Positions 50,265 to 63,299 of a DNA stretch of 64,000 bases are shown here, in pieces. Under the pieces are notes generated by a model, which was not told where the DNA came from, ran no database searches, and worked only from the letters and a program-made list of their open reading frames with translations. This DNA comes from Negaprion brevirostris. Its lineage: Eukaryota. Position 1 is the first letter of the stretch, and the number at the start of each line of letters is the position of its first letter. The DNA is taken from contig JARDVH010000042.1 in the NCBI GenBank assembly GCA_030324005.1, positions 88,906,692 through 88,970,691 of the forward strand, read 5' to 3'. A program made the translations under genes and the position numbers.

Positions 50265-50900
50265 TTAAAGAATCATGGATTATATTGAATGCTGAAATTA
50301 TCAGCAAATATCCCAACTTCTGACCTTATGATGAAGAGAAAGTCTTTGAAGCAGCTGAAGATTGTTGGACCTAGGACAGTATCCCTGAGAAACTCTTGCA
50401 CCGATGTCCTGCACTAAGATGAATGGCTTCAAATAACCAGTCATTTTCCTTTGTGTTGGTATGACTCTAACCATGGAGGATTTTCATCCCCTTGACTGAT
50501 TTTCTAGGGCTCCTTGATGCCACACTTGGTCAAATAGTGCTTTGATGCCAAGGATAGAAACTTTCAACCTGAGTTCAGCTCTTTTGTTCATGTTTAGTCC
50601 AAAGTTGTAATGAGGTCAGGAATCAAGTCATCCAGACAGAACCCAAATTGTGTGTCAATGAGCAGGTTATTGATATGGTGCCACTTGATAGCAACATTGA
50701 TTACACCTTTAATCACTTATGATCAGTTATTGGCCAGATTTTATTTGTTCTGCCTTTTGTGAAAATATCTGGGCAATTTTGCACATTGTTGTGTAAGGAC
50801 TTTGTCTTACAGCTGGGCAGGAGTGGTTTGGCTAGGGACACGACTAGTTCTGCAGTGCAACCCTTCCATATCCCTTTAGTACCGTGGTAAGGGGTTGTGC
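50265..50900 (-). mobile_element. Old CR1/L2-group LINE RT fragment
   Basis: Minus strand QFGF.....PDLIT.L...TKELNS and a degenerate AFD.VWHQG motif. Confidence 0.7.
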
Positions 50901-51614
50901 ATAAACCCACTGAGCTGAATAACATGATATTAATGTTAGATTGATATTCAGACATTTGCTAGATTTGGGAAGTTGGTATAATACTAGCCCTATCTTCTCA
51001 GAAGCCTTCCGTTTAATGTGGTTAACATTATTGAGGAATTTTATTTGCCTGTTAGAAACTGGAGGGTTTAGTGGGCCAAGTGGAACTATTATTCCTGAAT
51101 TAATATTTCTCAAACTCTTCAACACAATCCTGTTCTGTGTCTTCTGTATAAATGTCGTTTTATTTCTTTAAGGATGTAGAGATGTCCTTTAAACAAGTCT
51201 GTCGCCCCCTCTCATTTCTCATTAGATCCAGCACACAGATGGCATTATGCTAACAGTAAGTATCCTTCCTCCAGTCTTGACTTTCTAATTCATTTGCAGT
51301 TTCATTTATTGCTGCATTATCTGAAAACAATTTTTAAATACTGTGAAAATTAAACAGCTGATTTATTTTCTTTCAAATCTAAGGATTAGATTTCATCACT
51401 ATCTCAGTGGGGATTCTTTATTGATTTTCTGGTCATGGATATATACTTGACTTTGAATCAAAGTATTTTACTGGGGACAAGTGTTATACTTAACCTGCCT
51501 CAGTGCATATTTAATTGTGGATCTATGTTTTCAAAGTGCCTTTGGATTGCCCAGTAGGCAGCTATAACCTTTGTGTAGTCTGGTGTGCACTATCCACCAA
51601 GCCAATCAAATTAA

Positions 51615-51932
51615 TACAGAAAGTTCAGGAAGAAAAACTCAGCAAGTCTGGCAACATCTGTGGAGAGAACAGAGTTAACATTTCCTATGGCTTTTTTAGA
51701 ACTTATCATAATGAACTCGAAACATTGGCTGGAATTATCCAGCATCCTGCCAACTCTCCAGAGTGCGTGGTGGGGCTGGCGAGCCATTGAAATCATCGTT
51801 CACATTGGCGGGACCAGCAGCTCCTATTGGTGTGAAGGGCTGGAAAATTCTGACAGTTAACTGTTTCTCTCTGAATAGATACTGCCAGATCTGCTGAAGT
51901 TTTCCAACACCTGCAGTAATTTACTTTTATCT
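51615..51932. mobile_element. Foldback Penelope pLTR pair (family B) with a MITE inserted
   Basis: Left arm aactcagcaagtctggcaacatctgtggagag..agagttaac; right arm ctcgaaacatt | ttaactgtttctctct...ctgccagatctgctga. Confidence 0.7.
51728..51856. mobile_element. ~130-bp MITE
   Basis: TIR ggctggaattatccagc ... gctggaaaattctgac; splits the pLTR motif gaaac(g)ttaac. Confidence 0.7.
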
Positions 51933-54249
51933 ACTGATAAAATGGTGAGAAATTTAAGAGTTGATTATTGTACATGGGAGGCCAAGGATGAAATGGTTTC
52001 AAGGTCCTAGCGTTCCTGTTACACTGATCCTAGCTACCCGTCAGTACAACAGTTTCTTTGTTTGAATGATGAGAAATAATGCAGTATCTAAATCTCAGCC
52101 TTGTCTGCTTGGGGACTTTGAATATTTTTTTAAAAGCAGCTAACTCTCCTGGATAAACTTTAATCATGGGTGCGTGTGCGCCTCATGTCTGGGGTAGTAC
52201 TTGCTAAATAGTAAGGAAGAAGGATGGAAAGATTCAGAGTAAGGCTCCAATAGACTGATCAAACTAAAACATTAACAGATGCTGCCTATCCTACTGGGTA
52301 TTTCCAGCATTTTTTTAATATTTAAGGCCTTTGTAGGACCTATGGTGTGTCCAGCTTTTTCAAAGTTGCAAATTTCTAAATCTAATAGCCAGTACCTTAC
52401 TGATGCCCATCTGGAGGGGGTAATGCTAGTAGAATCTTTAGGAGCCATATTGTATTAACTCCCTCACNNNNNNNNNNNNNNNNNNNNNNNNNNNNNNNNN
52501 NNNNNNNNNNNNNNNNNNNNNNNNNNNNNNNNNNNNNNNNNNNNNNNNNNNNNNNNNNNNNNNNNNNTGTCCTAAGTTTAGGGATTTTTCATGACAACAG
52601 AACCAAAGTTGGGCAGGCTGTCAGCAATTTAAATGTGTAAAGGGCCCTCTTACCATGTAGTGGTATTTTGCCAATGGGAAGTTGCACTCCCTTATCCTGA
52701 TGTGTGAGAATGCCACTAGCCAATTGGAGGATGGCCCGCAGTGACCCTAGGGTGGTAGGGGAAGGGGGATTATTAAAACAATAAAAGGGGGCCACTGGAA
52801 AAGTGCATAACCTCTGCCCCCACCCCAGCTCCAATAATTGCCCCAGTGGAATTGCACCTCCAGGACTCAGCCCTTCATCTTTTATTCCTTCTCTTTTTTG
52901 CCGATAATCTATTAAAATAATTAGTGTTACATACATTGATTTACTTGATGTGTAGTCAAGCTACCATCATTCCTGGCTGGTTTTATTGTTACTAATCCAG
53001 AAAAGGTACTCAAGTATTCAGAAAAACTAGGCAACTCACGTGCTTTGCCAGATGGGAGCAAAAATCTTCTAAAATCTATCTAGTCAAGAGTTCGTTTCTG
53101 TAGCTAGAACCAAATTAAGGATTTGCAGGGCTGGGATTTTCCCTGCACTATTTGCTATAGCTTCCAGTCTATAAAATGGGAACATTCAGATCTCCTCTGC
53201 TTCTTATATCTGTTTAATATTTAGGAGTATTGCCAGTCATGCCAAACACTCCAGTGTGTTTGTAAGTCTGACAACCCCTCTTGCGTGAAGATGAAAGCAC
53301 TGTTGTCGTTTTTTTCACTAGATGATTGTTGAAAGTACACTGAAGGTCACTTGTGGCTTTTATCTCTGCTGAGGAACTTTACAGAATAAATCTTTCACTC
53401 ATGTTAGGAGGACAATGTGCAACAATAAGAAATCAATTAGTGGGGTGATTTTCACAAAGTGGAGTTGCTGAAGTGCATACATGCACATAGTCTGCTTTGA
53501 CCTTGCCAAGCATAATACATGCTGTAATTTAACAAAAGCAAAACATTTTGAGTGATCTTAAAGCTGCGTTGTTGTGTGATGTTTGTGAAATTTATTAGGC
53601 TTCTTACTAGTGATATCAGGAACCTCCATACAGGTTTACCATATAATCTGCAATATCGCACACCTATACTGCAACATTATGCACCCATGGTAGCTGACAC
53701 TGGTTCCGTTTGGACAATTATTCAATTAAAAACAAGCAGAGCTAATAGAAGCAGATACACAGTCATTAACCCAGAGTGATTCAGAGACCATATAATTTCA
53801 ACAGGGGATGTCTGTTCGGCTCATGTCCAATGTTAGGCCCAGTAATGTTTGATAGCGATGTCACAGCATTCACCAATTAAGCAGAGTTATTTAAACATCA
53901 GTCTTTGTTAAGACAAAGCAGTGATATTTGAAGCTGATCCTAAAATTTTATATGGTTGAATGTGAGGTGTACTCCCTGGATTACGCAGGGTTGGGGAGGG
54001 AATGGGAAATTTCCTCACCATTACACAAAACATGGAGAACACAATAACATCAAATGGAGGTCAGTTTCAGTCTTATCAAAATGCTTCCCCTGAGTCCTGT
54101 CATCTTCTGCAATCTCATCCTGAATCCCCACTGACCTTGTCTGCAGATGTCAGTGAATACTACTAGTGTAGACCTTCGACTGCGCATTGCTTATACAACA
54201 ACGGGCGGGTGTTTGCAAAGTTTCTTTCAGGTGTGATAAGACTCAAATT

Positions 54250-55570
54250 CAATGAGCCAAACAAGGTGATGTTTGGAAGGGTGATGAAAATCTTGCACCA
54301 GTAGGGTCTTGAATGTGGAGGGAGAAGTGGTGAGAGAAGTGGTGAGGCAGTGAAGGTTTGAGTAAACTCCAGTGTTCGGACTTTGATTATTAATGCTGTG
54401 GGAAATAAAATGGGGATGCAGAATTCTTGGAGGTTTGCAGGGATGGGGGAAGATACTCTATCAAATTAGAAATAGTGTTACAGACAGGAGGTGGGTGAAT
54501 TTAAAAAGCACTAGTTTCTCCTCTCACCACCCATTCATAAACAGAAAAGTGTTCTAATTTTCTTCCCTATTTATAAATGGCATATTTCCCAGCCCCTCAG
54601 GTTAGGTGTGATCCAATTTTGTATGAAAAATCCCACAGAAAAGTTGAGATAGGATGAACTCAAAGGGTTACTTTATTTGCACGCTCAAATGCGAGCAGAG
54701 GGTCACAACATTGCCTCCACACTCAGGCAGAAAAGAGAGGGATCGAGAAAAGAAGGGCTTAGAGGGCAGAGACCACAGAGAAAACAAATATTGCTTCATG
54801 TGGATTAAGGAGCTCTGAATCAATGTCTGATGAGGCATTCTTTCTCACAGGTCAGTGAGCTGAAACCCAATGCTTTTCCAATGGTATTGACTTCACACAA
54901 TAAGATAGACAGACATGCAGAGATGAATCAGTCTTGTCAACACTGGATACAGAATTTCCAGCAAAGGCAGTTTAGATTGGCCAGGTGTCCAACCTGGGCT
55001 GGAGCTCCTTGACTGTTGGGATGTTTTTTTTTAAGAAAGTAGACTGAGACTTGACGGTTCAGCAAGGCAATATTACTGATTCCACAAGCCAGAGGAACAT
55101 GTCACATGATTCCTACCTCCCCATATTGCTTTTGACAAAGGATATGTGTCCCTCATCTGGGTCCCCAAATTGTTGAAGACTTCAACCATTAAGAATTGAA
55201 ATGTCGTGGGGCCCTTTTGTGTCAGCAGCAGGGTGCAGTCTTCCTCACATGAAGGTCAAATGTATGAATTGATTTCAACAAGAGAATAACTATTTCTATG
55301 TTGGTTTATAGTCTCACTTTTAGCACAGTGTAAAGCAGCGATGTATGAGTCTTGGGTGAGCAGGTATGGGTTAGGATATGGGCAGCAAATTTGAAACAGC
55401 TTAAGTTAATGGAGATTGGAGGAGGAAGTCAGCCAGTAGAACAAGGAGCATTTGCAACTGCTTGCATGCTGGTTCCTGTCTTATTGAAAAGTCTAGAGCT
55501 TCTGGTGTGGTGAATGTGGCAGGGTGAATGATTTTAAGGTGGTGTCTTATAGTGGATTAAAGTTGGACTA
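54250..55570 (-). mobile_element. Old L2 LINE 3' region in two pieces (54250-54470, 55340-55570)
   Basis: Purine-rich gagaagtggtgaggcagtgaaggttt and gttaggatatgggcagca...agcttaagtt.atggag resemble the reverse complement of the L2 ORF2 end. Confidence 0.5.
54607..55280 (-). mobile_element. Candidate solo LTR
   Basis: TG...CA boundaries (tgtgatcc...tttcaaca); AATAAA on minus ~65 nt from the 3' end; lies between L2 pieces; no clear TSD. Confidence 0.4.
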
Positions 55571-58094
55571 TTGTCGCTCTCCTTGATGAGCCCAGAGTAT
55601 TTGATGATTCTGCAAAGGACACACATTAATAGTCAATGTGCTCGAGCCAGGCCTAATGATATGCTGTACCAGATGCATTAAAGTTAGCACCCGGTGGATT
55701 TGCAGATGGCCCTTACAAGGGGAATAAGCAGTGGGAGAGAATAAAGATCTCCTGAGATATGAGGCATATTTGTGGTGAACATTCATCCATTTTCTGTATC
55801 AATGTTATTTATTAATTTATGTATGTTCATTCTTGCAAGGAAAATCCTGTGATATTGTTTATGATGACCTAGAAGACATACTGCTTTATAACAGTATTTT
55901 CTTGCAAAAGAGAATCACAAATACAACTGACCGTGATTGTTTTCAGAGTACTGCAGATTAGAATTCAAATAGGGTCCAGGAAAGGCAAGACAAAGATCAG
56001 GTATCGCATGGTGACCCCCATCTGGTTGAAAAGGCTGCTGAATTTGTTTCTGATCGCCACCCCACCTGTTGCTGGAAGNNNNNNNNNNNNNNNNNNNNNN
56101 NNNNNNNNNNNNNNNNNNNNNNNNNNNNNNNNNNNNNNNNNNNNNNNNNNNNNNNNNNNNNNNNNNNNNNNNNNNNNNGGAAGTTTGGGATGTGCCCTGG
56201 CCAAGTGGTGATTGAGCACTTTGACAGCTCAATGGTTGACATTCTGCCCATAAAAAATATCTGATCATTGCAGCCTATGAAAAGTTGTCAAACTAGATGT
56301 TTGTGTCATAACATCTAATAAATACATCCTATAGTTTATTGTCGAAATATCCCATTCATTTTTGTTTTTGCTCTATTTTAAAGTGATGACATCTTGAAAA
56401 TTGCAAGTCAGTAAAATGCAAATACATTTTTTTGCCGGTTTTGAAGGTAATTTATGATTGAAAAATATTTTTAAAATAGCAAAAAGATCAATTTAAATAT
56501 TGATTACTTGGATTTGTCCTGAAAATAGCAATCTGACCTCCTGCATGACTATCACTTTGGGCTCCATTCCAACTTTATTGCTGGGAAAAAGATTTTGTAT
56601 CTTTCTAACAAATAATTGTTCCTTCTTAGTGGGCTAAAGAGGTTAGCTGCCTTTAGAACAACAAGGACAGAGTCAAGTTAAGGAGCTAACTCCCAACAAC
56701 AAATAATAACAGTGGCAAAGAGACAGTGATCAACCAATGACACTTCCAAGTTTTATCACAATGTCAAAGTTTCATGTGTAGTATCGTTTTGCACCATCTA
56801 TGCTAAACAATAATTAAAGTTTGTAATGCTCAAGTGTAATATGAACACTTAAAAATCAGCAACATTAATTTGTACTTTATTTTAGCTTCAGCAGAAGCAA
56901 AATACTGTCCTTGGGGACTTGTGCTCAAATTCAGCCTACACTAAGAGGTAAAAGTCTTTCAGCTGCCCATAAAAGTCCTACATGCAATGAGCTACAAAGT
57001 CAAAGCTACAGTGTTAGGGGTGTGAAGCTGTTAACAAATCAGCAAAAAAGAAATGGATATGCCATTCAATGCACAAGAATTAAAAAGAATCATACCGATA
57101 CAGTCAAGGTTGTTCTTAAAGTTGGGTTTAAGATGCAATGGGAAATGATTTTCCTTTTCATAGCAGTGGGAATCTTCCAATGTTATTCAGACTGAGTTGT
57201 ACTGCATCTGTAGTAACTGAATTGGATTGTCTGCTGCCAGAATCCGCATTCCAAAGCGGCGAATTCACTCTGATAATGACAAATCTAATAATTTACATAG
57301 ATAGGTTCTGGATAATGTAACAAGGTGATGCCCAAATGATGTTCCCAGTGTTGATCAGTAAAGAATGTCAGAAGACAGCGGCAGCTGGTGATGTTTTTGA
57401 CAGGTGTGGTGCACATTATTCAGGGCCATAGTAATTAAAGTGACATAATTGGAATTCCAATCTCCACATGTCCCATTTTTAATTTGAAGAAGTACACTAA
57501 TTTTAACATAATTCAAATCCAACAGATTCTCACTTCCGAAGGCTGCTGCACACTTTATTCTTGGACAATTTGAGTTGCCTGAGCTGAAACCCACTCAATT
57601 ATGAATGAAAAAGGTCACTTGACCAATTTTGATTAACCTAACCAAAGAGACCTCAGTGCCTACACCTTACTCTAAGTACCAAATGCAGCAGCATTTTTGT
57701 TTCTTAAATGATTTCTCTTCATTCAGATATAACTATGTAACAATTATTCATAATTTGAGAACTACCTTGAACCCAGTCCCTTTTCATACCTGTAGCTAAA
57801 AGTGTGCTGCAAATCTCATTTATGGTTGTAAATAGGATTACCCAGGAAATGTAGCAATGCTATGGTGGGTGAGGTAGGAGTGTCTTCTAATGACATTCAC
57901 GGTCATTGTTTCTGAACCTTCAGTCAATCTCATATCCATTCCCAGGTTTCTCTTTAAGCTTTGAGCTTAAGTAAAATCCTTTCATGTGCAAATTTGTGTC
58001 TTTATTTCTGAAAGCCATTTGACAGCAAAGAAGTTGAGTCATTCATCAGTTAGAATTTATCCATTCTTCATTCACTTAGTTCATAAAGACACTT

Positions 58095-58126
58095 GTTTAT
58101 CAGATAGTTAGTTTATCAGATAGTTA
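58095..58126. repeat. Perfect 16-bp tandem duplication at a CR1 5' junction
   Basis: gtttatcagatagtta occurs twice. Confidence 0.95.
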
Positions 58127-58425
58127 GTGCCTCACAAGAGGTTATTACAGAAGGTCAGGGGGCATGGAGTTGGGGGTAGGGTGTTAGCGTGGATAGGGGA
58201 TTGNNNNNNNNNNNNNNNNNNNNNNNNNNNNNNNNNNNNNNNNNNNNNNNNNNNNNNNNNNNNNNNNNNNNNNNNNNNNNNNNNNNNNNNNNNNNNNNNN
58301 NNNAGAGGGCGGGAATGTGGAACTGAGACACGACAGATCAGCCATGATCTTATTGAATGGGGGGGCAGGCTCGAGGGGCTAGATGGCCTACTCCTGCTCC
58401 TATTTCTTATATTCTTATGTTCTTA
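58127..58425 (+). mobile_element. CR1 LINE (mostly in gap)
   Basis: VPHKRLLQKVRGHGVGGRVLAWIGD, then gap, then 3' tail cctactcctgctcctatttcttatattcttatgttctt. Confidence 0.9.
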
Positions 58426-60964
58426 TTGTCCAAACATTTGGGTTTACTCCTAGTTACATTTCTAAACAATCTTGTACCTGCAGTTCAGTGGTATTGGAAC
58501 ATCTTGTTCAAAGTTATTATCTTGTAAATAAGAAAAGAACTTCAATTCTAACAGATTTGGCACATACTTTGCAAAAAAATGTAGTGGGGTTAATTTTAAT
58601 GGAATTAACCTGGAGAGAACCAACTGGATTGTTTTGAGCACCCATTTCACGCCCGTCAGATTTAGCTTTCCTGCATTGTGAAATTGGTGGGCCGCAAAGT
58701 GGCGGCTAATCTATTCCAGGTTTCTCACATTTGACGATAATGGGTTACACCAAAATTTTCTTGCAATTGTTTCAATGTAGCTTGCAGTTTGCTACAGTGC
58801 AATGTTGTATGATTATGTCCAGTGAAGCACATTGAGTCTCTGGATATGTTCAGGATAGGGTTCCCACTATATTTAAATGTATTCCTGGAGGTTCCATCAA
58901 ATGACTTGCTCCCACTCTCCACTCATTCATTGACCAACATATCCATTCTTATGATGAACTGCCTCCCTACACCAACTGAAAAGCAAAAAGACTCATTGTC
59001 CAATTGGTTGATGCTTGACCAGCAGTCAGACAGACTTTTTCTTCCATTTTTAATATTTTTATATCTGATAGTGTTCAAAATTTTTTTTTGCATGTCCCTA
59101 TGATTGTTCTCCAAGATTGCACACAGCAGTGTCCTAGAGATGGATGTTCAATTCCTGGAGGCTTCAGGCCAGTCCTGTGGAGGATTGGCAATCCTATTTC
59201 AGAAGGTTGTCAGAATGGATGACACTAGGCTGCAACTCATATACGTGGCCTCAGTGGCAGAGGTCATACTTTTGCTGAGTCAGCCCCTCTATGCCTGAGG
59301 GATTTTCAGGCTGTTGTGTTTTATTATAGTGGCTTGCTTGAAATTAACGTGTATGTAATAACATCCTCTATTAACTGGTTATTGCTTCAATGGAAATATA
59401 AAAGNNNNNNNNNNNNNNNNNNNNNNNNNNNNNNNNNNNNNNNNNNNNNNNNNNNNNNNNNNNNNNNNNNNNNNNNNNNNNNNNNNNNNNNNNNNNNNNN
59501 NNNNCAATGGAAATATAAAAGTTTCACAAAATGGATTATAATTAATGGTTGGACGCCAGTATGCCAGTCCAATTTTTGAATGTACTTCCAAGGGCACCTT
59601 TCTTTGATAGATGTTAAAATGAAAAATATACATTTTCTCATAGCTAACACAAAAGGTTAGACCATCATCTGTTATCCTAGACCTTGCCGGTATGAGCTGA
59701 ATGATTGATAGCATGGTTTTTACCTATGAACATGTGATGTTGGTAGATTAGCGTGATAAGTAAAATTGGATTCCTTTACTAAAAGGATCCTGAGTGTCAG
59801 CAGGCTTTGGTGTTGAGGTAATCCAGAAACATTTCCAGTTTAATAATTGTTCTTGACAGTAAGGGGATTACTTGGATAGAATCTTGAATTTGTGCTACAT
59901 TAACTTTAATTCCATTCTTATAATATCCAGAGAAAGCGTGTAACATTCTGAGCAGCTAAACAGATTTTGCCAGCTGGCGCTGACCATATGTCCAATTTCA
60001 TTTTTGCTAACATTCTCCTTGAGCCTCTATAAAAGAGAAGGTATGTAATTTAAGACATCAAGATTTAGTATGAGGAGTTTGGAACTTGAGCTTTTGTAAG
60101 AAATTAATATGGAAGTAAATTAAGTTGAGTGATTCCAGTTGGTGTTCCTGTCCAAGGTGAAATTGCTGTGAAATTAAGTAACATGGCTAATGTAATGGGT
60201 ATAATTTTTGTATGCCCACCAAAAAAATGAAAAGTGGACCCATCAGGAAGCCTTCATTGAAGATGCTTAATGGTAGTTGTTTTCCTATATTGCTGCAGCC
60301 ATCTACTGCTAGTGAGGTGAAAATAAATGATTTCCTCTGACCCTAAAAATATTGAATTGAACATTGAATATCGGGGGGCGATTTTGAGCCCACACTTCTG
60401 TCTGTGGGAATACTGTGTGCGCTTAGAATCCAGAAAGCACGATTTGTGTTGACAAGTTTCTGATTTCTGATCTTCCTAACTCCTCGCTGGTGGAATGGTG
60501 TGAAACACCGTGGGATTGCAATAAGCTGTTTTACAGTACATTAACATGCCATTAGTGAGCACTGTCTGTCTGGGAACAAACACGCAGGTTTCTCATCAGA
60601 AAAAACACTCTGCCATTTTATAGTAAGACTCCTCCCATCGTGTCTAAGAATATAAGTTTGCAAGACCACAGAAACACCACATTTTCTACTCAATACTTCA
60701 CTCTTGAACATTTTCTCAATGTTACAAACTTACAAGTGGTTGGCATCTGTTAATATTTGTTTCAACTCTGGCAAAAGTTGGGCATTTCATATCTTGTTGG
60801 AGAATGCACCACATGGTAAGGACTGGGCACTAAATATTTAACATAATGTTAGCAGCAGGAGACTTTTTAAAGGTTGAGTCATATTATAAAACAAAATCTA
60901 GCACATTTCATAAATAGCAGTTAATCATCTACACACTTTGTGTGCAATACAATGTGTTCTTGAG

Positions 60965-61378
60965 TTACAGCTAGCCATTGTTGGCAGCGCTTACTTTCCC
61001 TTCTGAGTTAGGTTGCAGGTTCAAACTCCACACCAGGATATGATCTTGACATAATCTGTCTCTTTAGTGAAGGAATACTGCATTGCTGAAGATGCTGTCT
61101 TTTAGATGAGGGGGCCTACTGAGGATCCATCCATCTGCTTTTTCAGAGGTAGTTAATTAAAGCAAATTGAAGAGGAAGGAGCTATCCTCGTGTCCAGGCC
61201 ATCCTTTGCCCCTCCACCCATACCATCATGTATCACTTGTAGTTTGTGCACAAATTGGCTGCTGAGCTTACCTATCTTATAGCAATGCCTCCCATTCAAA
61301 AGGAGTTAATTGGCTCTGATGTGCCTGAGGATACTGTGAGGATATAAATGGCACTGCAGTACAAGTAGCTTTCTCATT
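60965..61378 (+). mobile_element. Full-length old DeuSINE (SacSINE1-like)
   Basis: Head ttggcagc...tctgagt..ggttgcaggttcaaactccacacc; Deu domain gtcttttagatgag...aaattggctgc...attggctct. Confidence 0.8.
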
Positions 61379-61577
61379 TTTATTTTTCAGAATTTACAAT
61401 TTTAACTTGACCAAATAAAAGGGCCAAGTTGGCCTTTAACCAAGAAAGCCACAAAAATACAGTAAGTCCTGGGTGTGAGAGGATGCTATGCTGCCCCATC
61501 ACCCTCTTCCCAGGAATTGGTGGAAGTGTCTCCTTGACTCTCATTTTGTAACTCTGAAAATTATCTGCTATTTTCAG

Positions 61578-61750
61578 AGACGCGACCCAGGTTTGCTCCA
61601 CAGAAGGAATTTCAATGGCCGGTATTGGTTCCCAGTATACAATACTGTGCCTCCTGTTTTGCAGGCTGGGCAGCAAGAATCCCTCACCTAAGACTCCTGC
61701 CCATTCCTTTCTGACTGACTGTTTCGACAGAGTGAGCTGCTGGGGGTTTG
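61578..61750 (+). other. Candidate exon of an unidentified transcript
   Basis: Acceptor ttttcag (61571-61577), donor G|gtgagt (61751), one open frame, elevated GC with retained CpGs; no recognisable protein family. Confidence 0.25.
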
Positions 61751-62237
61751 GTGAGTGAGGGAGTTTGGTGAAGAAGGGGATAAAGGTGCTCCTTTCTTCG
61801 ACCTTTCTCAGCCTCCAGTATTTAGTTCTTATTTTGTTGCAGAGGAAGAAATTGCTGAGTAACTGGTAATTTATTCTAGTTATAATTGTGAAGTTAACAT
61901 ATGGCACGACCACCTTGGCTGAGTGGAATGCATCCTATGGCACATGGGAGCAATGGACACACCATGGCCAGAATTTTCCAGCCATTCACACCAGTGATAT
62001 TTTGTGGTCTTGCTGCAGTGAATAGCAGTTTGGCTGCATGCCAAGTTCTCCATCCTTGCTTGCAGCAGCAGCAGTGGTGTGTGAATGGCTGTACAACTTC
62101 AGCCCAAGTGTCTGAGACACAAATGTCTGCAGGAAATGTTGTTGACTGCAAAATTTTGAACTCTGGTTTCTGGAACTTGATTGATGGCTGGAGCCACTGC
62201 AGTGCATCCGCAAGGTATCGCTACATATATGGCACAT

Positions 62238-62402
62238 TTAAGGCCATTCCTTAATGTAACAGCATTCACAACAAAATAGATTATTTGAAGGCACAAAAAG
62301 AAGTAAATGGCTATGCTTTAATTGCACTTAGAGACATGGTTACAAGGTGACCGAGACTGGGAACTATTCAAGGATATTTAGGAAGGATAGGCAAAAAGAA
62401 AA
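62238..62402 (+). mobile_element. CR1 ORF2 N-terminus (AP endonuclease start)
   Basis: SIHNKIDYLKAQKEVNGYALIAL/ETWLQGDRDWEL. Confidence 0.75.
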
Positions 62403-62498
62403 AAGAATCATAGTACTCCTACAATGCACAAGGAGGCCATTTGTCACTGACAACAATCCAACCCAGGCTCTATCCCTGTAACCCCATATATTTGCCCT
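62403..62498 (-). mobile_element. HE1-like SINE tail
   Basis: agaatcatag...tacaatgcacaaggaggccattt...ctatccctgtaacccca. Confidence 0.75.
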
Positions 62499-62915
62499 GC
62501 CATTTACTTGTTGTGCCTTCAAATCATCTATCTTGTTGCGAATGTTGCATGCGTTCAGATAGAGCGTCCTTAACTTTATCTTTTTAACATTTTGATGCTT
62601 TCTCATTCTGTTTGATGCCCATCTTCACTCCATCAATCTTCTACTTTTGCTTACTACTTCTCTACATCCTGTTACCACCTTTGCTTGTGTTCAGTCTGAG
62701 CTCCCTACCCTATCAGATTCAAATCTAGTTTGACCCACCCCCAGCAACAGGAGTAGAAAATTTATCTGCGACATTGTTTGTCCCAGTCTTGATAAGCTGC
62801 AACCCAGCTATCTTCTACAGCTCCCAACTGCCCCTGAACTGGCCTCAATGCTTGAGATATCTGATGCCCTCCCTCCTTCATCAATTCTCCATCAGTCTAT
62901 TCAATTGTTCACCTA
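62499..62915 (-). mobile_element. CR1 ORF1 end (SGNH esterase-like) and ORF2 start
   Basis: Minus: EGIRYLKH*GQFRGSWEL*KIAGLQL..TGTN (DGLHL-like), then KLRTLYLNACNIRNKIDDLKAQ. Confidence 0.75.
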
Positions 62916-62927
62916 CCTACTGGAAGA

Positions 62928-63090
62928 CAAAGGGGAAATTTAGCACGGCCAGTCAACCTAACCCGCACATTACTGGGCTGTGGGAGGAAACCAGAGCACC
63001 TGGAGGAAACTCACAAAGACACAGAGAGAATATACAAACTGATGACCTGAGGCCAGAATTGAATCCAGGTCCCTGGTGCTGTGAGGCAAG
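62928..63090 (-). mobile_element. HE1-like V-SINE 5' half
   Basis: tttagcacggccagtcaacctaacc...ggaaaccagagcacctggaggaaac...ccctggtgctgtgaggca. Confidence 0.88.
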
Positions 63091-63134
63091 AACATAGCAG
63101 ACAGAATATAATGTGAATAAGTATGAGGTTACTC

Positions 63135-63236
63135 ACATTCTGTCTCTGTTTTTACTACTGAAGTATGTATAGTGCGCAAGAAACAATACTTTTCACTATA
63201 TGTTAATGCATGTGACAACAATAAATCAAATCAAAG
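63135..63236 (+). mobile_element. Rex1-type LINE 3' tail
   Basis: gtatagtgcgcaagaaacaatacttttcact...catgtgacaacaataaatcaaatcaaa. Confidence 0.6.
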
Positions 63237-63299
63237 AATGTTTTTTGAATTGAGAGGATGGGAAATGTTGATATCCAAAGGGTGGAATTCCTTCAAATA

